64,000 nucleotides of DNA from Vicugna vicugna. Taxonomy: Eukaryota. The number at the start of each line of letters is the position of its first letter. Within the stretch, counting starts at the first letter, position 1. The position numbers and the translations under genes are program-made. The notes beneath the pieces were generated by a model, which worked only from the letters and a program-made list of their open reading frames with translations, was not told the origin of the DNA and ran no database searches. This document shows positions 54,953 to 64,000 of the stretch, in pieces. Location of the stretch: NCBI GenBank assembly GCA_013265495.1, contig MU058896.1:62001-126000 (forward strand), written 5' to 3'.

Positions 54953-56809
54953 GTCATGGACACATGAGGCCCAGAAGGCCTGTGCGCCCAGGATCAGCAG
55001 AAGTGGCCTTGGCTGGTGGGGCCCACGACACAGTGAGTATTTTTGTTTTGTGAGTGTTTTTTTTTCAGGAGGGAGCCAAAATAAATGCATATACTCATTC
55101 AGTGGGTCACTCCTACTCAGAAGTCAGTTTTACGTCTTTACAAGGGAACTAGAAGGTGGCTCCAGAGTGACGACAACGGACCTGCCGTATGATTTTGCCA
55201 CTTTCCTCCCCGTGCTCAGTGCACCTGGTCAGCAGTTGTGTCCGTGGGACAGAAATGATAACTCTTGACTCATGTTTTTAACCAGTTGTTCAGGGGCCCC
55301 CAGGAGGCCTGCAGCAGGCTCAGCTCAGCCACGTTCCCTGGTTCTGGGGTCCAGACTTAAATGGGGGTCATGGATGTTCTCACCCGTCCTCCTTGCAAAG
55401 CTGCAACACCTCGGGGTTTGGTGCCTTGGCCGGTTCTCTTCTCCCCAGAACCTGCGGGGTGGGCCCAGGAATCATCCTGCCTGCCCTGAGTGCGAGGGTC
55501 ACTCTGCGTGGAGGACTCGGACTGCAGGAGCCCCCTCGCACGTGGCGCTGGCCCTGCCCAGAGAAGGAGGGAGGGGTCTGTTGTCCAGCAGCTGTGCTGG
55601 CCGCCACCTCCCAGCCAGGAGCACCCCACCTCTCACAGCCCCAGGTTCTGCACCTCCCGATCACCCCAGGGTGGGGGTGGGGGTGAGAGGTGCCCCTAGA
55701 GCTCTGCCCATCCCACCCTCAGCGCCTGTTCACCTGGGTGCCTCCCTTGGCTTTCCTGCTTTGTCATCACACCCAGTTCTGTTTTTATCCATCCTTTTAG
55801 CTGCAGAATTTGTGTTCCTCCCTCCCCCATCCTCCCGGGCAGCAGTGGCCGGTGGCCATCCTTTCTTCTTTTCCACTTGCCCTTTTCCTGCGCTTCCTCC
55901 CCATATCCTCCGCCATCCTGGACGGATGGATTCACGTGCCCTCTCCAGACCTGGCACGTGCGGGGTCACCAGGGGCGCTGGTCCCGTCCGGCCCTGACTC
56001 TCTCTTCTACACTCACCCTCCACCGTCTCTCCTGCCGAGGGGGTTGGCTGGTGTCCGAGCCGCCCCTGTCTGATGCTACTGGCCTGCTCAGGGCTCAGGA
56101 GGAGAGGTGCCCGGGCCCCTGCTCAGACGTTCCCTTGAGCTGGCTGTGCCCTTTGGAACGAGCGCTGGACTCGGCGCCGTCCTGCCTGTGCTGTTTCCTC
56201 CCGGCTCTCCAAACCGCGGGGGTGGGAACCAGACGGCATCTTGTGCCCAGCGGGGCTCCCCCGCCAAGCTCACAGGAGAGGGATTGTTCCTGAGCACACA
56301 AGCCTGCACCCCGTCCCTCACTCGGGCGGGAAGGGTACCCAGACAGGATGGGAGGTGCGTGCAGGGTCAGCTGAGAGCTGCTTCCCCGAGGCAACGTGGC
56401 CTCTGTGGTCTGAGATGAGAGAAGGGGACGGGGTCCCCTGACGCTGCACGTCTGTGCTGACACTGGTGGCGCCAGGGGCCCCAGAGCAGGCTGCCTGGAC
56501 GGTCCTGGATCCTGGGACCTGCCTGTCTCACAGACGAGGGTTCCCCGGAGGGGCCCTAAGATGCAGCCCAGCTAGGGCCCAGCCAGGAGTTCTGGACCCC
56601 CTCATTGGTTCGTTTATTCCATGAATCTTAGCGGAGCACTTGTGTGTGTTCCAGGCGTGGTGCGGGGCGCAGGGAGCTTCAGGATCAGCACAGCGAGCCC
56701 CAGGCGCCGCCCCCAAGTGGAGCTGCTGGGCAGTGTGGCCTCAGGGGGCGTTTTGGTGTGGGTCGCAGGTGTCCTTTCCCTGGAGTGGCTCTAAGCCACA
56801 GTGGCTGCC

Positions 56810-56890
56810 CCCTGTGCATGCACACACTCAAGCACGTACACACACGTACATACAAGCACACACATGCTTACACTTGGCTCGTGCACGCCG
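56810..56890 (+). repeat. Degenerate (CA)n-rich tract
   Basis: 'gtgcatgcacacactcaagcacgtacacacacgtacatacaagcacacacatg'. Confidence 0.7.
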
Positions 56891-57754
56891 AGAGTCCCAG
56901 AGTAGAGTGGTGGTCCAGGAAACCTTTTTGGTTGGTCCCAGTGGGCAGCCAGGATGTGGTAAGCCCTGGGGATGCAGGAAGCAGAAGCAGGGTGGACGTG
57001 GGGATTGGGCCCCCTTCCCCAGGTGCCCCCACCACCTCCATGGGCAGCCAAGGCTCAGGACAGGATGGCAGTTGTCTGAGATGGTGGGGCTCGCTGGGCG
57101 GGCCTGGCGTGGCGGCCTCACTCCCCCGACCCTTGGCCCCAAGTGCTTCCTGCTGGGCTTGCTGTCTGTCCCTGTTCGCTAAGTGCCTCCCTCCCACCAG
57201 GCCAGGTTGGAGGAAAGACCAGCAGGGTTGGGGACACAGAGGGGCTGTGCTGGGGGTCCGGTTCCAGACTCTGTGGTGACACCATGAGCCCTGAGCTGGC
57301 CTCAGCCAGGTTGTCACCTGGGGGTGCTTTGGCCCCCACGGGGTGACGCCCCCATAGGGCAACATCTGTAGACACCTGCCGCTGTCCCAGCCGGGGGTGA
57401 GGGTCTTGCTGCTGGTGTCTGGTGGGCAGAGGCAGGAAATGCCACTCAACATGCCACAGAGCACATCGTGGCCCCCCAGCACCCAAAAGAGTCCTGCAGC
57501 CCCAGACATCAGCGGTGCTGAGGGCCGCCACGGTGGGGCTGTCCCATCGTCACCTGTGGAGAATGGGCAGGCTGTTATGACCCCTTCTCTGCACATAGGG
57601 CCCCACCTGCCTGGCGCCTCCCTCGGACACAGGCTGGGCAGAGGGAGGGCAGCCTCAGCCCCATGGAGCATGGGGTTGCCTCGCCAGGGGTCTGGGTCAA
57701 GTGGACTGGGGGCCAGGAAGTCGATGAAAATGGCAGTTTCGTCACCTTTGCCCA

Positions 57755-58360
57755 GTCATGGTTTCCCAGGCGTCTGTAACAGTGTGCCATGGAGAGGGCA
57801 TTAAACAACACAGATTGAGCTCTCCCGGTGTTGGAGGCTGGACGTCCAAGATCTAGGTGTCTGCAGGGTTGGTTTCTCTTGAGGCTTCTCTCCTTGGTGC
57901 CCGTCCTTTCCCTGTGTCTTCCCCTATGCGTGTCTGTGTCCTAATCTCCTCTTCTTTTTTATGTTGAGATACTGACTTATAACATTACATTAGTCTCGGG
58001 TGGACAAATGATGATTCAATATATGTACACATTGAAAAATGATCACTAAGTGTAAGTCTAGTTAATATCCAACTCCATGATAGTTACAAAATTTTTATCT
58101 TGTGATGAGAACACTTAAGATCTACTCTCCTAGCAGCTTTCATTTATACGATGCAGCGTTATGAGCTGTCGTCACCAGCTGTACAGGATGTCCCAGGACT
58201 GACTTGCTCTATAACTGGACGTTTGTACCTAATCTTTTCTTAGCAGGACACCAGACACGTTGGACTAGGGTCCACTCTAATGATTTCGTTTTAACATAAT
58301 TACTTGTCTAAAGACCCTGTCTCTGAGTACAGTGACGTCCTGAGGCACCAGGGACACACT
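57755..58360 (-). mobile_element. MLT1B/C-like LTR split in two by an L1 insertion
   Basis: Left half 'ttaaacaacacag...ggaggctggacgtccaagatc...tgtgtcctaatctcctctt'. Right half 'cctaatcttttcttagcaggacaccag...tagggtccactctaatga...aaagaccctgtctc'. Confidence 0.85.
57957..58227 (-). mobile_element. L1MA9-like 3' end inserted in the MLT1 LTR
   Basis: 'ttttatgttgagatactgacttataacattacattag...gtgatgagaacacttaagatctactctcctagca...ataactggacgtttgtacc'. Confidence 0.8.
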
Positions 58361-59134
58361 GCACCGGTAACACCATCACACCTGGGGGGAGGGCAGTCTT
58401 CCGGCCATGTGGACTCTACCCCCTGCACCTGCACCCAGTGACTCATCAGCTCTGGGTTTGGAGACAAAGTCAGCAGAGCGTCACCTGACACGCTGTAGTA
58501 GGGGTGTTTGGTAGTAGGTAGGGGGGCCCTTTGCATAGCCCAGTGGTAAGGGGGTCTCTGCCAACAAAGTCCGAGTCTGCAGATGGGCTCAGTAGAGCAG
58601 GTTCAGTGGACAGAGGCCCTGAGCCCAGGGCACCAGGTTCCCCTGGGCAGGTGGCAGCACCCTAGCTCCACCCCTGTGGCTGGGAAGGAGGAGGATGTGT
58701 GGAGGGAGGCGGTACTGCCCGACCGGTCAGTCCAAGGGTCAGACGGCCACAGTGCAGAAGCCGGCAAAGCCGGAACCAGGCGAGGAAGGGCAGCGGCGGA
58801 GGGAGTCAGGGTGGCTGGGAGGCGGCCTGACGCCCCCTGGGCTCAGCTTCCTCCAGGGTAGCTGCTCCTTGGTCACAGGCAGAAGGTGCGGAGACAGGCT
58901 TTGCCCCACCTGCCCACTTCTCAGTGTCAAGACCAAGGGTGGCCCTCGGCTCTGCCAGATGACCCTCCAGAATTTGCAGTGACCGCAAACAAGGGGCTCC
59001 CTTGCCTCCTCTTAATCCCACCTGGAACCTTCTTGGGAGGCTGGTCCTCAGGTTGACATGCCGGCTTCCTCTCTGAGGGGGCCACCCCAGGCACCGTCCA
59101 CAGATGATCTGACATGTGCCTGTTTCTCCTGCAG

Positions 59135-59239
59135 ACTGAGCTGGACCTGGAAAAGGGCTTGGAGATGAGGAAATGGGTCCTGTCCGGAATCCTGGCTAGT
59201 GAGGAGACGTACCTGAGCCACCTGGAGGCACTGCTGCTG
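59135..59239 (+). CDS. BCR: BCR exon 3 (TELDLEKGLEMRKWVLSGILASEETYLSHLEALLL), start of the DH domain
   Basis: Acceptor ctcctgcag| at 59133-59134, donor |gtgagg at 59240. 105 nt, phase 0-0. Confidence 0.98.
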
Positions 59240-59582
59240 GTGAGGAGGGTGCAGGGGCTGAGCCGGGCGGGCGGGGCCCCGAGAGCGCTGCGCACACTCC
59301 CAGCTTACGGGTCACAGGTCACGGCCCGGGAGTCCTCGACACACCTGTGGGGGGTGGGGGTCAAAACATTCCACCTCCGTAGGGGTTGGACCTCCCTGGG
59401 TGGGTCGGGGGATGGGGGGGTGCCAGCATAAGACTCAGTGCCAACCAAGCTGGCTTTCAATTTTTGTTGTTAATAGAATTTTAAATTAAAAGCTTGTATG
59501 TCATGTGACCACAATGCACCTGACAAAACAGCGAGCCCGCTCACCCGTGCCCCCTCCACCCGTCACCCGTACCCTCTTCCAG

Positions 59583-59768
59583 CCCATGAAGCCTTTGAAG
59601 GCCGCCGCCACCACCTCTCAGCCGGTGCTGACGAGCCAGCAGATCGAGACCATCTTCTTCAAAGTGCCCGAGCTCTACGAGGTCCACAAGGACTTCTATG
59701 ATGGGCTCCTCCCCCGCGTGCAGCAGTGGGGCCGCCAGCAGTGCGTGGGTGACCTCTTCCAGAAGCTG
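59583..59768 (+). CDS. BCR: BCR exon 4 ([62 protein letters not shown]), DH domain
   Basis: Acceptor ctcttccag| at 59581-59582, donor |gtgagt at 59769. 186 nt, phase 0-0. Confidence 0.98.
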
Positions 59769-62269
59769 GTGAGTGACATGCAGCACGGGCCTGGCAGCCT
59801 TGTGGGGGTGACCTGCGGAGGGGACCAGGCCTCTCCCTGAGCCCGACACCCCCCTGGGCGTGCGCTGCCAGGGTAGGCGGCGTGAGCCTGGCTGTGTCTT
59901 ACTGCCTCCGATTGCAAAGGGCGGGCCACGAGGAGGGGGTGTCGCCGCAGCGCCCATGCAGGACCCCGTGCAAGACCAGCCAGCGGGGCTGCTTCCTTCC
60001 CTCCCCCTACCCCGCTGACATCACTGGTCCTTTCTGGCTCCGCTCAGTTTCACTCAGGGTTCCCAGTCTCTAGCCTGGTCCCCTTTGGACCAGAAGGAAG
60101 CTGCTGCCCAGGGAGCAGGACTCAGGCTCCGGGCGGAGGGGTGGGGTGGGCGGCGCCTGGAGGGGCACACACGGGCGGGAACTGTGGGGATTTTGTACTT
60201 TATTTCATTTTTGCAGTTCTCTAAATTAAAGGCTCTTGAATCCATCAATAATTTTTTTTAAAAAAGAAGGAAAGAAAGAGAAGTGGTTTGGGGAGGGAAG
60301 ACTAGTCAGTAATAGTCAGGGCTGTGGGAGAGGAGTTCTCAGGTGAGACCAGGCCTTCTGTGTGGCCCCAGCACCCGCAGTAGCTCTTTGGGGAACCTGG
60401 AGGCATATTGAATGCCAGAGACTTGGACAGCAGCACCCCTGAGCCTTGCGGGAGCCAGGACACGTCCTGTGGACAGGCTGGAGAAATGCGGGAGGGGTTG
60501 GTTTGTAGCTGGGGACGTCCACACCAGAGTGTGGACCGAGGGACGGCCTTGTGCTGTGAGGTCATCGGGTCCCTGAGTAATGGGCTCGGCTCCAATCAGG
60601 GGCTCAAGGGGGCCTCTGGGTGCCCTGTCTCAGCTGAGCTGAGGCAGTTCTACACAGCAGGTCCCATCTTCACCCCAGCAGGTGAGGAGGCTGAGGAACG
60701 GTAGGTCACCTGCCCAGACTGTAGCCTGGTTTATCTGTCTCCAGAAAGAGTGCTTCCCCTGCCTTCAGGGACCATAAAACTGGAGGCAGAAGGTGCTGGA
60801 GAACAGAACAAGGGTTTCTGAAAGGGCTCAGGGGCCCAAATTGGCCAGGAATGCATCCGGCAGAGGTGGCTGTGGATCCTGGTTCAGGTCCCAGGGAAGG
60901 TGAGGCCCGCCGTGTGGGCAGGTCAGGGGCCTTCCTTGGCCCTTTGCTGACCTGAGGGCCCAAGAGGAGCCGAGCATGTGGCTTTTATAGGGTTAGTGGG
61001 ATCAGGGAAATGGGGCAGTCAGATGAAGGTTGGGGCTCAGGCTCAGGGTCCACACGTAACCGAGATGAGGATGCGTGGACCTTGTACAAAAGGAAGGGGT
61101 TGTTACGGGACCTGAGGCTGATGGAGATGCCGGGTCGACATCTGTCTTCTAATGTGTGAGGTTCAGGTGTGCTCACCTTTGTGGGTCTGAAGGGGGGGCC
61201 GTCTCTTTAGGTGGAGTCTGGTGGGGGGCATCTGGATACAAGGGCCTGGCCACTGTTGGAGCAGCCGCCTCCCAGCACCTCGAGCCCCCGTCCTGGGACT
61301 CCCTGGAAGACAGCTGCCCGTCAGGCCTCTGTGACCGGGATTCCACCTCCAATCCTGATTCCAGGGTTACCCGGGCCTCCTGTGCAACCTCTCCAGGGAA
61401 ACCAGTCCTGCAGGGTTGGGTGGCCGAGGTCACCAGGCTTCCCCAACTGCACAGAGCACGCAGTGACTGAATGCCAGGCCCCAGCCCTCCTGGGCCCCCA
61501 GACACCCAGCTGGCTGAACGCTTGCCTGCCTGGGCTCATGGTGGTCCAGGGTTCCGCTCCGAGGTGCGGCTTTCCTGTTGGCCGTCCCCTCCGTCCACCA
61601 CTCTGGGTTGCAGACACACTGGAGCGAGGATGCGAGGACGGTGTGAGGTGCCTCTTTTGTTCAGATTCTGTCACCTGGGACCCCTTTCCCGTGGCCAGAG
61701 AGAGAGCAGGAGCTGTATTTTGTCATAGGTGCTCCCCGTCCTGAAGCCCCCATCTGTTGTGGGCAGAAACAACAACCACAGTCTTCCCTGAATAACACTC
61801 TGAAGTCGCTTGGAAACTCTTTTTGAGGTTCATGCTCTGATGAATGCTGGAATTGGGAAAGTTTCCCTGCTTTCCCTGGTGTCCTTGAACTACCTTCGTG
61901 TATCAGATGTTGCAGCAGGAACATGGGGTGAGAGGTGGGGCCGACTTTCCATGGTGGAGCCACAAGCTGTGTGTTCACATGTGAGCCACCGGGGCTGGGC
62001 GCTGGGTCTCCCTAGGGACAGACAGACATCGTCCCTTTCAGATCAGCACAGCAGGCTCAGGCTCCCTGGCTCCCCAGCTGGGAGAGTCTCAGGACTTGAG
62101 GAGCCCGAGATGTCCCAGCCCTGGTACCTCTGCCGCCTGGGGAACTCACGCGCCATACCTGGTAGATGGGAAGCTGGTCCAACCCCCCCTTCGCGGGAGG
62201 GCTGCATGAGTTAACTGCCACTGTCGGGGCTTTGTTTCTGGCTGAATTTTTTTATCAGCCTGGGTTTTT

Positions 62270-62790
62270 TGTTTTTAATCATTTCAGACTTCCCAAGTTG
62301 TTATAGGAATAGCGGAAAGAACTCCATGTGCTGGATACACTGGTTGTAACATTTTGCCACCCTTTTTAACTGTTATCTTTTTCTCTCCTTTACATGTGGT
62401 GCACAGTCGCGTATCATTTAATATGTGCTTCTTCCTTGCGTCTCCCAAGTTAGCCATCGTGTTCTTTGGAGCCATTTTCCTTTTGAGTCAGGATCCAGTC
62501 CAGGTCATGAGACGTATGTGGTTGTCACGTCTCTAGTTTCCCTTTATCTGCACCGGTTCCTTGGCCTTTGCTGGTTTTCCACGACCTGGATGTCTTTTTT
62601 AACGGGTGCAGTTTGGGCCTGACGTTTCTTCAGGAATAGATTCAGGTTCTGCGTCTCTGATGGGAAAAAAGATCAGCCACCCACCGCAGTGATGCTGTGT
62701 CCTCCCAGTGCCTCCCATGGCGGAGGGGGTGCTGGGGAGGGGCGACGTAATCTCCGTTTGCCTTGCTGTCAGTGCAACTTGGGTTTTGAT
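62270..62790 (-). mobile_element. L1MC4-like 3' fragments
   Basis: 'ttgagtcaggatccagtccaggtc...tggttgtcacgtctctagtttcc...gaatagattcaggtt...agtgatgctgtgtcctcccagtgc'. Confidence 0.75.
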
Positions 62791-62910
62791 GAGCTAAAAT
62801 AAAGTGGGAATGAATTGCTTGGAACTCCTCAAAAGCTGCGTGGAAGATGTGAGCTCCTGGAAGAGGCAGCAGGAGAAGTAAGGAAAGAGGTTCTCCTCCC
62901 AAAGACCCAG

Positions 62911-63274
62911 TGTTCATTTACTAAGGCTGCGGCGGTCCCAGCCTCTCCAACAACAGAGACCTATTTCTTCCTGGTTCTGGAGGCTGGAAGTCTGAGATCA
63001 AGGTGTCTGCAGGGCCGGTTTCTCCCGAGGCCCCTCTCCTTGGCGTGTAGAGGGCCGTCGTCTCCCTGTGTCTCACGTGGTCGTCCCTCTGGGTCTGTGT
63101 CCTAATCTCTTCTCCTTGTAAGGGCACCAGTCAGAGTGGATGAGCGCCCACTCCAGCGGTGTCTTTTAACCTAGTCATCTCTTTAGGCCCATCTCCAAGT
63201 ACAGGCACATTCTGAGGTGCTGGGGTGAGGGCTTCAGCAGGTGAATTTCAAGGGGACACAGTTCAATAGTAACA
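62911..63274 (-). mobile_element. MLT1B-like solo LTR, near full length
   Basis: Runs tg...ca. 'gttctggaggctggaagtctgagatcaaggtgtctgcaggg...tgtgtcctaatctcttctccttgtaagggcaccagtc...cacattctgaggtgctggg...ggggacacagttca'. Confidence 0.88.
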
Positions 63275-63299
63275 TCCCCTCAGGACTCAGCTGAGCCGT

Positions 63300-63480
63300 C
63301 ATCTCTTTGGAGAGGCCGCCCTGACCACATGATCTAAAGCAGCCCCATCGTATGGAGCCCCCGCTCTCCTTTCAGCCATCTGCCATGTTAACGTCTCTCT
63401 TTACTTATGTATCACGTGTCTCTCCTGTTGGCCAGCCACATTGTATCTGAGAGATTCGCGGTGACAGTGCCCAGAGCAGG
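63300..63480 (+). mobile_element. Possible L2 3' fragment
   Basis: 'gccctgaccacatgatctaaagcagcccc...gacagtgcccagagcagg'. Very decayed. Confidence 0.4.
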
Positions 63481-64000
63481 CTCCTTGTTTTGGCGGGAGG
63501 CGCTCAGTGCCGGGGGTGGGGGGAAGGGGAGAGGGAGGGAGAGAGAGGGAGAGAAGTCCCACCCTGTGATAGAGAACCTGGCATTCCGGATGCAGCAGCT
63601 TGTCTGGGGCGCTCAGCGTGGTCGGGGCAAGGGGCGGGGGCTTCCTCCAGCTGCTGCGCTTTCTCCGCACCCCTAGGCCCTCTGTGCAGCCCCCCACAGG
63701 GAGCAGGGCCAGAAGACCAGACAGTGCCATGGGCATCTGGGATTGCCATCTGAAGACGCAGAAAATTTGATATAAATGCAAATGCATGGAGAAATAGAAT
63801 TTAGTTTTGAGGCAGAACAAACACCAGTATCAGCTTAGGCCTCCCACTCCAGGTCAGCTTCAGGGGGAGGCCTGGCCAGCAGGTCAGGGCGTCCCCCATT
63901 CCCTCCCCAGGCCTGAGTTTGCCGCTGCACAGTGAGGGCTGGGTCCCCCGGCTGCCTCTGGAGGTGACCTCGGCCAGTGCTGGTGGTGGCTGCACACCCC

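Noticed and set aside
55020-55240. Possible hAT-type DNA transposon remnant
   Set aside because: Composition is suggestive but I could not match it to any consensus I know.
58583-58861. Alternative first exon in intron 2 analogous to the short ABR isoform
   Set aside because: The nearest donor (58858) is weak, and the phase 0 frame needed for exon 3 has a TGA at 58828.
59769-64000. BCR exon 5 (ASQLGVYRAFVDNY...)
   Set aside because: No matching coding sequence seen in any frame; it presumably lies beyond the window.

Overview
GC-rich mammalian genomic DNA, probably a camelid (three tRNA-Ala-derived SINEs; the copy at 52690-52800 has the camelid-type 'aaataaacaaacctgattacccc' tail). Two + strand genes are present. 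(1) The last six coding exons of RAB36 (609-4448), including a probable GC-AG intron. (2) The CpG-island promoter and coding exons 1-4 of BCR (ATG 12493; exon 1 to 13798; exon 2 54262-54428; exon 3 59135-59239; exon 4 59583-59768), with a 40,463 bp intron 1. I did not find BCR exon 5 in the window. The remainder is intronic or intergenic DNA with old L1M, L2, MIR, MLT1 and MER58/MER5 remnants. Nearly all ORFs in the supplied track are GC-rich chance ORFs. I see no clearly new biological system. The best leads are: a near-consensus 5' splice site whose GT lies 17 nt upstream of the BCR start codon, which could give an ABR-like BCR lacking the exon 1 domains; an out-of-frame ORF that starts at the first base of exon 2 and stops in an AUGA overlap on the DH-domain Met; a roughly 90% identical, about 120 bp inverted duplication bracketing 3.6 kb of intron 1; and splice-site ambiguities in RAB36. 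Exon boundaries were read base by base. Repeat boundaries are approximate. Repeat subfamily names and all human/ABR comparisons come from memory and were not checked by search.
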